From a bacterium (GTDB lineage Bacteria; Zhuqueibacterota; Zhuqueibacteria; Zhuqueibacterales; Zhuqueibacteraceae): DNA of 64,000 bases. This document shows, piece by piece, positions 1-9,678 of this stretch. The stretch spans positions 22,806 through 86,805 of the forward strand of contig JBIOXB010000197.1 of assembly GCA_044869275.1 (NCBI GenBank), in the 5' to 3' direction. Every line of letters starts with the position of its first letter. Position 1 is the stretch's first letter. The notes beneath the pieces are model-generated. The model ran no database searches and was not told where the DNA came from. It was given only the letters and a program-made list of their open reading frames with translations. Made by a program: the position numbers and the translations under genes.

Positions 1-1
1 C

Positions 2-340
2 GACGCCGAGCGCTCGGTGGTGGTCACCGGTCCGCAGTTGAATCCGGTTGGCTTCAAGCTCAAGCCGGTGATTCGTGCGATGGCGCGCGCCTTGACCGGT
101 TCCATTTCCGGCACCGTCACGAATCCCGCCAATTTGCCGACGGCATATGCCATTGCCGGCACCGACACCGTCACTTCCTCCCCCGTCGATGGCGCCACCG
201 GCTCTTTCAGCTTGGCTTTTCTGCCCGCAGGCGCGTACACGGTGAGCGTGGCGGATACCGCAAAACTTTCTGCCACGCGCACCAATGTGCCGGTGACGGT
301 TGGACAAGATAATCCCTTGGGGTCGTTGACGTTGCAATAA
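2..340 (+). CDS. DUF4382-like lipoprotein, C-terminal part with carboxypeptidase-regulatory-like domain (5' partial)
   Basis: Open from the window edge. DAERSVV...FKLKPVIRA followed by TGSISGTV...G.FSLAFLPAGAYTVSV matches the DUF4382 + CarboxypepD_reg pattern. Confidence 0.65.
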   Translation, partial: DAERSVVVTGPQLNPVGFKLKPVIRAMARALTGSISGTVTNPANLPTAYAIAGTDTVTSSPVDGATGSFSLAFLPAGAYTVSVADTAKLSATRTNVPVTVGQDNPLGSLTLQ

Positions 341-371
341 AAATAAAAAGGGCAGCTTGCAAGCTGCCCTT
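341..371 (-). terminator. Intrinsic terminator between convergent genes
   Basis: Perfect stem AAGGGCAGCTT-GC-AAGCTGCCCTT (348-371), preceded by an A-run that is the U-tract on the minus strand. Confidence 0.75.
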
Positions 372-392
372 CGACCTCCTCCTCTTGCCGAG

Positions 393-917
393 TTATTTGG
401 CGCTCTCGACCGCCGCTTTGAGCGCAGCCATGTACTTCGTCATTCCGTCTTTGACTTTTGCCGCCGTATCTTTGTCCAGCGGCACGTTGAAGTCGTCGCT
501 GTACTGATCGACGATGGTGACCACCGCGCCCGTGCCCTTGGGTTCGACTTTGAACTTAACCTGGCAAACATAGCTGCCATCATTGGGCATATGCGCCACG
601 CGCAGCTCTTTGTTTTTATCCACGAACAGTACCACGGATTTGCCCGCGTTCGCCCATTCATCGACAAAGCTGAAGCTGTGCCCCACCGCTGCCAGCGCTG
701 TGGTTTCCTTGGCGCTTTTCCAGCCGGGATACCAGAGCTTGGCCTTGGCGGGCTCGGTAAATGCCGCCCATACTTGCGCCGGCGAAGCTTTGGTCTCCAT
801 GGTGCCGGTGAAACTCATTAACGCCATTTTGGCGACGGCCACGTTTTGGCCGCGCGCACTTCCCGCCGCGCCCAGGCCGAGGATGAGCAACAACGCCCTG
901 CAAATCTGGTCACGCAT
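393..917 (-). CDS. Secreted SRPBCC/START-fold protein
   Basis: Signal peptide, then KASPAQVWAAFTEP...WYPGW. GGAGG RBS lies before the ATG at 917. Confidence 0.7.
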   Translation of the reverse strand: MRDQICRALLLILGLGAAGSARGQNVAVAKMALMSFTGTMETKASPAQVWAAFTEPAKAKLWYPGWKSAKETTALAAVGHSFSFVDEWANAGKSVVLFVDKNKELRVAHMPNDGSYVCQVKFKVEPKGTGAVVTIVDQYSDDFNVPLDKDTAAKVKDGMTKYMAALKAAVESAK

Positions 918-986
918 TTTCACCTCCGCAGTTAGGGTCCTACTTTTCCATCACACCAGCGCTCGCTGAGTTCAGAAGAAAATGCT

Positions 987-1886
987 TCAAAGTGGCTTCC
1001 ACAGGCTTTCCACTGCCGCCTCGCCGGACAATACGATGACGGCATTGCGTCCAGGATCTTGCAAACGAACTTGTCTGGGCGAGGACTGAAAAGGAACGTT
1101 CAATTGCTGCAAATGGGAGATCAAGCGAGCCAACTCGTCATCACCGGGCAGGCAGATCGTGAAATAGCGCAGGCCGGCGATTTCGTTCGCTCTGGCGGCG
1201 CCGTTCTGCGAGGACGCCAGCGTGTTCAAACCGAGATGGTGGTGATAATTTCCGGCGGCGAGAAACACCAGGCTGGAGCCGGAGCGCGCGGTGAGCTCGA
1301 AACCCAGCGCGCGGCGATAAAAATCTTCCGAGGCGCGCAAATCGGTGACGTGCAAATGCAAATGACCGATGCAAATTCTCGCATCGAGCCCCTGCCATGA
1401 AATTTTCCCCTGGCCCAATTCCGCGAGCACAAAATCCAGATCGAGAGGATTCGCCGCCACTTGCAACTGGCGCTGCTGCCAGGGCCATTCTTCACGCGGG
1501 CGGTCGGCATAAATGGCGATGCCGTTGCCGTCGGGATCGGCGAGATAGATCGCTTCGTGAATGAGATTGTCGGATACGCCTTGAATGGGGTACTGCATCT
1601 CCAACAGGTGATGCAAGGCATAGGCGAGGTGCAAACGACTGGGAACGAGGAGAGCGAAATGATAAAGCCCGAGCGCATGGGGCGGCCGCGGTGCCGCGCT
1701 CTCGGAACGCGTGACGGCCAGCAACGGCGAGATGCTGTTCACCGCCAGCCATAGCGTATGCTCCGACCGGTGCAGAATTTTGAAGCCGAGAATTTTGGTA
1801 TAAAAGTATTCCGCGCGTTCCAAATGCGACACGGTCAAATGGAGCGGCCCCAGGTGTGTATCCGGGTGAATCGTATAGCGGCTCAT
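987..1886 (-). CDS. VOC family protein, CatE-like (catechol 2,3-dioxygenase/glyoxalase)
   Basis: HLTVS.LERA..FY, GLYHFALL, YLADPDGNGI, IGHLHLHV and YHHHLGLN motifs. Confidence 0.85.
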   Translation of the reverse strand: MSRYTIHPDTHLGPLHLTVSHLERAEYFYTKILGFKILHRSEHTLWLAVNSISPLLAVTRSESAAPRPPHALGLYHFALLVPSRLHLAYALHHLLEMQYPIQGVSDNLIHEAIYLADPDGNGIAIYADRPREEWPWQQRQLQVAANPLDLDFVLAELGQGKISWQGLDARICIGHLHLHVTDLRASEDFYRRALGFELTARSGSSLVFLAAGNYHHHLGLNTLASSQNGAARANEIAGLRYFTICLPGDDELARLISHLQQLNVPFQSSPRQVRLQDPGRNAVIVLSGEAAVESLWKPL

Positions 1887-2184
1887 GCTTCCTCCCTTCC
1901 GAGGGTTTTGCCTTCCCCCAAGCTACTCTGCGTTATTCACCCATCCAGCCTCGTCGTTCTACTTTGTCAAGCGTGGAGTTGATCGCGATGATTGACCGAG
2001 CAGACATATTTTTGTAAGGCGAACATAATCAGTTTTTGTCAAAAAGTCAAACTCGACTTGCGAAAGTTTAAGCGCACAAAAATCGGGAAAATCCTGTTCC
2101 AGAGCGGGAATTGGCGATGCGTCGAATGCAAGTGACAGTGTGAAGTGGTTCATGCTAGAGAGAGCGATGTCATCACTTTCGGGC

Positions 2185-3456
2185 TCAAAACTTCATGCGC
2201 AGCGACAAAAAGCCCCAATCGGAGGGATCGGCTTCGGGATTGCCCGCTTTGACGAAACCGCCGGGGAAAAAACGGCTCAAGCCGAAGTGGAACTGGAGGC
2301 GCTCGCGCAAAACATAAGCACAGGCCAGATCGATTTCATATCCCAGCTCGATGCTTTCGCCCGGAAGGGCCGGCAGGAAAACTTCATTGCGGCGGTCGAA
2401 ATTAAATCCGGAGGCGCCATACCACGCATCATTGCCATGCGCGAGCTGGAAGTAATGGAGTTGCGCCTCAACCAGAAAATCCTTTGCCGGAGAAAAATCA
2501 AAGCCTGCCGCGGTGGCGGCGATGTTGCTCCAGCTCACATAATCCATGGCGCCAAAATGCTCGTGAACGGAAGGGAAAAACGCGGAGAACGTTTCCAATT
2601 TTTGGTCGAAGGGATTGCTGTCGCCCGAGCCGAAGACGTAGCTCGCGCTCAACGTGGGAGCATGGCGTCGGGTGATTTGCCAGCGGCCCTGCAAGGCGAG
2701 GCCGTATGCCTGCACTTGCAATTCGCCGTGATGGCCGAATTGATAAACGCCTTCGAGGTCGTAATGCCAGCGCTCCTTGAATTTGCCGGCAAGCCGCAGT
2801 CCCGTGGCCATGAGCAGCAAGCTCTTTCCCGCCGCGCTGCCCAGGGGAAAATTACGATCATCGAGCAGGGCGAAGGCATAAGCTTCGGCGGTGTTTTTGA
2901 AAAATTGTTGGGTGGAAAAATACGCTCCCAGAAATTCCTGGTTACTGTTGATGCCAGTCGCGTTTTTGTTGCGATTTTGCGCCAGCCAGAAGTCGATTTT
3001 CTGCAAGGGTTCTCCCCAAGTCAAGCGCAGGGCGTCAAAGGCCCGGCCGGTTTGATCCCAGTCGTTTCTGCCGACCAGCCTTTCACTGCCAAAGGCCATT
3101 TCCTGCCGGCCCAAGCGCAATGCCATTGACCTTCCGAAAAGTTTTTCGAGATCCAAATAAGCCTGATGCAAATCCATGCTGTTCAAGGCGCGGCCGGTGC
3201 TGCCTGCTTCACCCCACAAGCGCGCGTCTTGGATTTGCAACACCGCGCGCAAATGTGACGGAAACTGCCACTGCAAAGCCGCGCGTGCCCGCTGCGCGAT
3301 AAAAACGGACTGATCGCCGAACTGCGCCTCGAAATCTGCATTTTGCCGGCCCTCGCCGCGCACGCGCAACTCGCCCGCGAGGTCGAACTGCGTTTGACTG
3401 GTGAGCAATACCGGTGTCAAAAAGATGAAAAACAAGAGGAAGCGAAGCATGGCCAT
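2185..3456 (-). CDS. Alginate export (AlgE-like) family outer-membrane beta-barrel
   Basis: Signal peptide; GELRVRGE, QDARLWG, LHQAY, LGRQE..FGSERLVG..DW..GRAFDA; C-terminal Phe. Confidence 0.85.
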   Translation of the reverse strand: MAMLRFLLFFIFLTPVLLTSQTQFDLAGELRVRGEGRQNADFEAQFGDQSVFIAQRARAALQWQFPSHLRAVLQIQDARLWGEAGSTGRALNSMDLHQAYLDLEKLFGRSMALRLGRQEMAFGSERLVGRNDWDQTGRAFDALRLTWGEPLQKIDFWLAQNRNKNATGINSNQEFLGAYFSTQQFFKNTAEAYAFALLDDRNFPLGSAAGKSLLLMATGLRLAGKFKERWHYDLEGVYQFGHHGELQVQAYGLALQGRWQITRRHAPTLSASYVFGSGDSNPFDQKLETFSAFFPSVHEHFGAMDYVSWSNIAATAAGFDFSPAKDFLVEAQLHYFQLAHGNDAWYGASGFNFDRRNEVFLPALPGESIELGYEIDLACAYVLRERLQFHFGLSRFFPGGFVKAGNPEADPSDWGFLSLRMKF

Positions 3457-3586
3457 GAAGTGCAGAGTGATTGATGATAGAAGAAGGTAGGGAATTTATG
3501 CTATCGTAGCAAGCCGGTACCACGAGGAACTTTTCGCGCGCTTGTGCCCGTGGAATCGGAGGGGACGTGGAAGAGGAGACATTTTT

Positions 3587-3628
3587 TTGTGCTTTGTGCT
3601 TTGGGCTTTGGGCTCGGGGCTTATGCCT
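3587..3628. repeat. Degenerate 7-mer tandem repeat (TTGKGCT) x6
   Basis: ttgtgct ttgtgct ttgggct ttgggct cggggct tatgcct, overlapping the kinase stop codon. Confidence 0.75.
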
Positions 3629-6600
3629 TTTGTAGTTGTCTCTCAATCGCCTCCACCAAATCCTTCATGCTCACCGGCTTGCTCAAATAGTCGTTCGCGC
3701 CGGCCTCCAGGCAGCGTTCGCGGTCGCCGGGCATGGCCAGCGCGGTGAGCGCGATGACCGGAATCGCGCGCAAATCTCCCTCGCTTTTCATCCGGCTTAT
3801 GATCTCCAGGCCATTCTCGCCGGGCAGGCGAATATCCATTAAAACCAAATCAAATTTTTCCTTTTGCACGCGCTGCAACACTTCGCGGCCGCTGCGCGCC
3901 ACTTGCACACGGTATCGCCTTGCCATTAAATAATCGAACAGCGTGTTGATGTTGCTTTCGCTGTCTTCCACCAGCAAAATATGTGTCGGTTCGCCGGTCG
4001 CAGCTTGCACGGTTTCGACGGTGGCTGCGTGTTGCGCCACGCGTGCGGGCCATTCGAATGCCACCTTGCTCAACACCCATTGCAATTGCTCGCGCGAAAC
4101 CGGCTTGGACAAGAATTCCGCCGCGCCCAGGCTCAAGCCTTGCGCGCGTGCATCGCGCTCGGAAATGATGATCACCGGAATCACTTGCGTGCGCGGATCC
4201 AGCTTGAGCTGGGTCAAGACCTGCCAGCCCAAAGGATCAGCCAGCACAATATTGAGAAAAATAATGTCCGGCATCGCTCTGAGAATGGCGGCAACCACTT
4301 CTTCATGCGGCGGGCAAATCTGGGTGTCGAGCTCCAGCTCGCGCAGGTACTTTTGCAGCTTGTCGATCTCGGGCGATTCTTCATCAATGATGAGGGCGTG
4401 ATGAAAAAGGCCTTCCTTGGCGAGCGCCGGCTCTTCGGGTTCCGCGCTCTCCGCCGGGGTGGCAGCGACCGGCTTCAACCACGGCAGCATCACGGTGAAG
4501 CGGCTGCCCTTATCGGGCTCGCTTTCGACCACCACGCCGCCGCCGTGCAGCTCGACCATGCGATGCACCAGCACCAATCCCAGGCCGGTGCCGGAATACT
4601 GCCGCGCCAGCGTGCTGTCGAGCTGCACGAAAGGCTGAAATAATTTCACGATGTCTATCATCGCAATGCCGATGCCCGTGTCCCGTATGCTGAAGCGCAC
4701 CACGCCTTTTTTCGCGTCGCCGGCAACTTCCAGGCCGATTTCTCCGCCCGCGGGCGTGAACTTGACCGCATTGCTCAACAGATTCACCAGAATCTGTTTG
4801 AGGCGGCGTTCGTCCGCCAAGATCAACGTGACTTGCTCGTCCTGTTCGAATGAAATCTTGAGTCGTTTTTCGAGCGCCATTTGGGTGAAGAGGCGCAAGC
4901 TCGCGCTGCACACCGCTTCCACCGCCACCGGCGCGATTTCCAGGCGTAATTTGCCGGCTTCGATCTTGGAGAGATCGAGAATGTCATTGATGAGCACGAG
5001 CAGATGCTGGCCGCTTTCTTCGAGATGGCGCAGGGCGGCTTGTTGCTTTTCATTCGTTGCGCCGTACACCTGCTCGCGCAGCGCTTCGCTGATGCCGAGT
5101 ACCGCGTTCAGCGGGGTGCGCAATTCGTGGCTCATGCTGGCGAGGAACTCATCCTTGGTGCGGGCCGCGCGTGCGAGCTCGGCGTTGGCCATGCTCAAAG
5201 CGGCAGCGCGCTCTTCCTCCAGCTTCTTGCGTTCCTGCTGCATGCGCGCGTCTTTGTGGGCGATGGCGAGGTATTCGGTGATTTCTCGCAACGTGTTCAA
5301 CTCATGATCGCTCCAGGTTCCCGGCGCGGGCGAATCAAAGCCCAGCACGCCCACCAATTTGTCGGCTTCGTGAATGGGAACGTGCAAGAGCGCGCGCGTG
5401 TGTTTCGTGGCCAGGAAGTCGCGCAGCGGCGCCACGCGCTCGTCCTGCTCCAACTCGGGAACGACGACAGGCTCGCGCCGGCGCAGGCTCGCCAAACACG
5501 CCGGCGCCATGGACAAGTCTGCCACCAGGCCCGCGAGCGAGGGCATGCCCGGCGGCTCGAGGGATTGCAGCACCCGCAACTGGCCTTCGTCGTTGAGCGC
5601 GGCGTAAAAGACGCGCACCTGGGCAAAGTACCGTCCCAGTTCGGCGACGGTATGCGCGACGATGTCTTCGAAAAGCGTGCCCGAGGCGATGTGCTTGGCG
5701 AGATGATTCAACAGCGTCAACCGTGCCTGGCTTTCCAGCAGCGCGTCACGCGCGCGTTTGCGCTCGGTGATGTCGATCAAGAAACCGCGCAGCATTTCCG
5801 GTCCATCCTCGCCGCGCATCACCGAGACCAAATCATGGAACCAAAACACGCGGCCGTCGGCAGCGATCATGCGATATTCCAAATCATATTCCGTGTGCTG
5901 CTGCGCCTGCTCGCGGCAGAGCTGCGCCACGCGCTCGCGGTCTTCCGCCAAAACATGATCTAGCCAAAAATTTTCCTGATACCACGCTTCACGCGGATAG
6001 CCCAGCAATTTCACACATTGCGGGCCAACGTAAATGAAGCCGTGCGCGCGTGGCTCGGCTTCCCAGGGTATGACGTTCGTGGTTTCCAGCAGGTGGCGAT
6101 AGCGCTCTTTGCTCGTTTGCAGCGCATCTTCCGTGCGTTTGCGCGCGGTGATATCGACGTCCATGCAAATGACCTGCGTCTTGTTCTGGCCGAAGCGAAT
6201 CGGAAACATAGAGGACATCACGTTGCACGCCGCTCCAGCGGCCGTGGCCATGGACCATTCGCGCACGGGTGCGGGGGTATTGGTGTCCAGGGCCGCCCGC
6301 ACCATAGTGGCGAATTCCCTGGCATCCTGCGGCGACAGCAAAAACTCGCCGAGATTCTTGCCCACCACGTGTTCCCCTTTAAAGCCGTACAATTCTTCGG
6401 AGGCGCGGTTCCAAAAGGTCACGGTGCCGTCCGCGTCGTAGCCTTGAATGGCGACCGCCGGGGCCTGCTCAATGATCGCGGCCAGTTGCGAATGCGCTTC
6501 CTCCAGCGCTTTGTGCGCCGCGCGCAGTTCGTCCACCAGCAGCCGCCGGTCGCTGTTATTCACCATGATGCCGTGCAGCTTCACGACGCGGTGGTTTTCT

Positions 6601-7526
6601 TTGGTGATGGTGACCAAGTTGCGCAGCCACAGCGTGCGGCCGTCGGCGGCCAGCATGCGTTGCTCGAATTCATGATGGCGCTTGGCCGTGTCCGTCGCCA
6701 AAATCAAGCTCAAGTCCCAATCGCGATCGTCCGGATGCAAATGGGTCTTCCAAAAATCCGGCTCTTCGAGCCAGCACGAGACGGGATAACCGAGCAACCG
6801 CTCCGCCTGCTTGCTGACGAATGTCAACTGCAGGCTTTGCGCGTCGGCTTCCCACACGATGCCATCGATGGAATTGACCAATTCATCATATTGCCGGCGC
6901 GAACGCGCCAGTTCGGATTCCGCCTGCTGGCGTGCGGTGACGTCCAGCGCAATGCCGACGGCGCCGATGATTTCCCTCGATTCCGCGCGCAACGGCTCGA
7001 CGAAACAATCAAAGCTGTGGCCCTGCCAATTCAATTCAAAATGCACGGACTCGCCTAACAGGGCGCGGCGGTGCGCGGCAACCGCTGGGAAATCCGCCTC
7101 CTTCGTGCCGAAGTACTCGAACAAGGTGGAGCCATCAACTTGTCCGGGCCGCAACTGTAGGGAGGACAAGCCCATGCCTGCCGAGGCCGTGAAACGAAGA
7201 TCGGGATCGGTCGCCCACAGGATCGCAGGAAGCTGCTTGATCACCAAGCGTAAATAAGCGTCGTGCTGGAAGCGCGCTTCAAAGATTTTTGCCGTGTCTT
7301 GCCGCGACCGCCGCTGATGCAGATGCATCAACACCGCCGCGCCTGCTGCCAGCGCGCTGACGACGGCCAGCAATGCTTCAAGAGAGGTCAATGGTTGCAA
7401 ACAAGCCGCCATGATTTCCAAAAGAGGGTCTTTGCCCCGGTCCAAAAGCAGCACAGCGCTGGCGGGCGTGGCACAATGCCAGCAGCTCCAGAATGCCAAT
7501 CGCGAGAGGCGTTTACAGAAATGCAT
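3621..7526 (-). CDS. Hybrid sensor histidine kinase (multiple PAS, GAF, HisKA, HATPase, two receiver domains)
   Basis: FLASMSHELRTPLN H-box, NLLSNAVKFT, DTGIGI, GTGLGL and two REC domains. Start codon uncertain; it may lie near 7412. Confidence 0.93.
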   Translation of the reverse strand: MHFCKRLSRLAFWSCWHCATPASAVLLLDRGKDPLLEIMAACLQPLTSLEALLAVVSALAAGAAVLMHLHQRRSRQDTAKIFEARFQHDAYLRLVIKQLPAILWATDPDLRFTASAGMGLSSLQLRPGQVDGSTLFEYFGTKEADFPAVAAHRRALLGESVHFELNWQGHSFDCFVEPLRAESREIIGAVGIALDVTARQQAESELARSRRQYDELVNSIDGIVWEADAQSLQLTFVSKQAERLLGYPVSCWLEEPDFWKTHLHPDDRDWDLSLILATDTAKRHHEFEQRMLAADGRTLWLRNLVTITKENHRVVKLHGIMVNNSDRRLLVDELRAAHKALEEAHSQLAAIIEQAPAVAIQGYDADGTVTFWNRASEELYGFKGEHVVGKNLGEFLLSPQDAREFATMVRAALDTNTPAPVREWSMATAAGAACNVMSSMFPIRFGQNKTQVICMDVDITARKRTEDALQTSKERYRHLLETTNVIPWEAEPRAHGFIYVGPQCVKLLGYPREAWYQENFWLDHVLAEDRERVAQLCREQAQQHTEYDLEYRMIAADGRVFWFHDLVSVMRGEDGPEMLRGFLIDITERKRARDALLESQARLTLLNHLAKHIASGTLFEDIVAHTVAELGRYFAQVRVFYAALNDEGQLRVLQSLEPPGMPSLAGLVADLSMAPACLASLRRREPVVVPELEQDERVAPLRDFLATKHTRALLHVPIHEADKLVGVLGFDSPAPGTWSDHELNTLREITEYLAIAHKDARMQQERKKLEEERAAALSMANAELARAARTKDEFLASMSHELRTPLNAVLGISEALREQVYGATNEKQQAALRHLEESGQHLLVLINDILDLSKIEAGKLRLEIAPVAVEAVCSASLRLFTQMALEKRLKISFEQDEQVTLILADERRLKQILVNLLSNAVKFTPAGGEIGLEVAGDAKKGVVRFSIRDTGIGIAMIDIVKLFQPFVQLDSTLARQYSGTGLGLVLVHRMVELHGGGVVVESEPDKGSRFTVMLPWLKPVAATPAESAEPEEPALAKEGLFHHALIIDEESPEIDKLQKYLRELELDTQICPPHEEVVAAILRAMPDIIFLNIVLADPLGWQVLTQLKLDPRTQVIPVIIISERDARAQGLSLGAAEFLSKPVSREQLQWVLSKVAFEWPARVAQHAATVETVQAATGEPTHILLVEDSESNINTLFDYLMARRYRVQVARSGREVLQRVQKEKFDLVLMDIRLPGENGLEIISRMKSEGDLRAIPVIALTALAMPGDRERCLEAGANDYLSKPVSMKDLVEAIERQLQKA

Positions 7527-7940
7527 GATGGAATCCTAAAAGCTAGCCATGCCCATCGGGCGAGATGATCAACCCAGGCGCAGGAATCGGCTGCTTCGCG
7601 CGGGCACGCCTTCTGTGCGCAGGAAATTACAAAAAAGAGGTGAGGTAAAGATCGTCAACCGGTAAGAGATGATCGCGTGCACCGTCCTGGCATCAACTCA
7701 TCCTTGACATGAATGACCAAGCACTGGTCGGCGTGAGATTAAGGAATCTGGCCGGCAAGCGCAACGCTTTTTCGGATATGCACCGATTTATTGCGATATT
7801 TTAATGATTGCGTGCTTTGCTTGAATGCGATACAATACTATATTCGCATCTTGGGCAGGCGCGGACGAGTCCAGTCAAATCCTTTGCGCCCAAACGGGAG
7901 GTCCGGCGGCCAAGCGCGGACGGATTGTCACAAAAAAAGA

Positions 7941-7968
7941 TTGCACGGCGCGGCGTTGCTGTTATATT
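7941..7968 (+). promoter_or_regulatory. Putative sigma-70 promoter
   Basis: TTGCAC-N16-TATATT about 85 nt upstream of the ATG at 8054. Confidence 0.4.
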
Positions 7969-8053
7969 GTGTTTCTGGGACGTGGGCAATGCCGTTGCAA
8001 CAAATGCGTGATTCGTAAGGCGCAAGCAATCTGTAGTGTAAAAAGGAGCAATC

Positions 8054-8434
8054 ATGTTCTGCCCCGAATGCCAAACTGAATACGAACCTTGGGTGAAGGA
8101 ATGTGCGGATTGCCTCGTGCCACTGGTGGAGACTTTGCCGGCAGAGGTTGAAGTTGAGTCCTCAGTATCCGTCACGGTTTTTTCAACCGGCAACCCCGCA
8201 TTGCTCGCGATGGCAAAATCCATTTTGGAAGAAGCGGCGATTGTTTATCTTGCCAAGGGCGAAGGCTTGCAGAATCTGTTCGCAGCCGGAAGCATCGGCG
8301 GCTATAACCCCGCGCTCGGGCCCGTGGAAATCCAGGTCGCCGCGGAGTTTGCCTCTGAAGCGCGCGCATTATTGCAGGAATTGGAAGGCGATACGAATCG
8401 AGGCGTGGAAGACGAAGAAAATGATGAAGAATGA
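8054..8434 (+). CDS. Zinc-ribbon + DUF2007 (putative signal-transducing) protein
   Basis: MFCPEC..EY....ECADC.VPLV, AKSILEEA.I, GPVEIQV..E.A.EARALL; AGGAG RBS. Confidence 0.8.
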   Translation: MFCPECQTEYEPWVKECADCLVPLVETLPAEVEVESSVSVTVFSTGNPALLAMAKSILEEAAIVYLAKGEGLQNLFAAGSIGGYNPALGPVEIQVAAEFASEARALLQELEGDTNRGVEDEENDEE

Positions 8435-8873
8435 TCGTGCGTGGTGGAAAAACCTGAATTGGAAACTCCTCAAAAAACTCTCTTTACTGGGCGTGGTCAT
8501 GGGCATCGCGACGGTGTGGGGATGGGTGGGCAATTACGAGGGCTTGGCGTGGTTTCTGCTCGCCGTCATTTGTGCGCTGGTCATCGGCCGGAAAGTCAGG
8601 CGGCAGCATTTTCCACACGGCTTGCTCGCCGGCGCGATCGCCAGCCTGATCGCGCAAATTTTTCAAGTCATTTTCTTCCCGGCTTATTTGGCCAACAGTC
8701 TGGAGCACACTGCGGATTTTAATCAACTGCCGATTGATTTTCCCCCACGTTTGCTGCTCGCGCTGCTTGCGCCGTTTATTGCCGCCGCGAGCGGCATCGT
8801 CCTGGGCGTCATGTCTTGGGCCGCGGCCAGGTATGTATTTCGCTCGCCCCAGGCCCCGGCAGCTCAATCGTGA
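8421..8873 (+). CDS. Hypothetical integral membrane protein (about 4 TM)
   Basis: ATG at 8421 overlaps the end of the upstream gene; several hydrophobic helices. Confidence 0.65.
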   Translation: MMKNDRAWWKNLNWKLLKKLSLLGVVMGIATVWGWVGNYEGLAWFLLAVICALVIGRKVRRQHFPHGLLAGAIASLIAQIFQVIFFPAYLANSLEHTADFNQLPIDFPPRLLLALLAPFIAAASGIVLGVMSWAAARYVFRSPQAPAAQS

Positions 8874-8943
8874 GTGCGGCGCCTTTCACCTTCCGCCAAT
8901 GGTTTGCACGGGCGGCGCCCTGGCAAGAGCCGCCGCCCGCGTT

Positions 8944-9468
8944 TCAATCCAAGTACACCCACAACAGCCTCAGGCTTTTGGCATCCATGTCTTCGGAACG
9001 ATTGACGAGATAGATGTCGTTGCAAATGTCGCGGATCATCATCTGCCCGTTGCCGAGCTGGCGTGGACGCTCGTGGCGGCGCGTCAGAAAGCTGCGCGGC
9101 CCGGCCGTGGTCAGCACTTCCCAATGAAAAAACTCCATTTGATCGGAGATGCTGAGAATTTGCGTCACGCGCGGCAGGAAGTTGCGCAACGCCAGTTCTT
9201 CTTCGATCAATTGCCGCTGCTCTCCGGTCAATTCTTCCAAGGTTTCGATCAAAACCAACTCGTGGCCTTTATCGTCGCGCAAGCTGATGTACTCGTGCGG
9301 CTTGCTCCAGGGAAAGCAGCACACCGCCTGAACCGACGCTGCTTCGTCCGCGCCCTCACCCTTCAGCCCGTGCAAAACCAGACGGCCTTCCGTATTGCGC
9401 GACAAATGCCAGGCAGGCTCTCTGTTGATTTGTGCAACGATGCCTTCAGTTTGAAAACTCATGCTCAT
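8944..9468 (-). CDS. DUF1854 domain protein
   Basis: VCCFPWSKP.EYISLRD..G.E, EELALRNFLPRV..I, WEV.T..GPRSF, IRDI....YL motifs; directly downstream of an ABC transporter. Confidence 0.85.
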   Translation of the reverse strand: MSMSFQTEGIVAQINREPAWHLSRNTEGRLVLHGLKGEGADEAASVQAVCCFPWSKPHEYISLRDDKGHELVLIETLEELTGEQRQLIEEELALRNFLPRVTQILSISDQMEFFHWEVLTTAGPRSFLTRRHERPRQLGNGQMMIRDICNDIYLVNRSEDMDAKSLRLLWVYLD

Positions 9469-9552
9469 ATCTTCTTCCTTTTCGCCAACCTTCTTCACCA
9501 CAACCTAAAAGCCCTTTCGGAGATTCTTCTGCGCTCAGATACTTCTGAATGA

Positions 9553-9666
9553 TTCCTGCTCCGATTCATACTCACGCTCATACTCATCCTCATACGCCTA
9601 CTCTTACTCGCATTGCAAAAACTCAAAGCGCGTAAGAGTAAGAGTATGAGCGTGAGCAAGAGCAAG
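9553..9666. repeat. Degenerate 6-mer tandem repeats forming an inverted repeat
   Basis: (CTCATA/CTCTTA)n followed by (AGTAAG/AGTATG/AGCAAG)n. Confidence 0.8.
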
Positions 9667-9678
9667 CGGTATCCAGCC

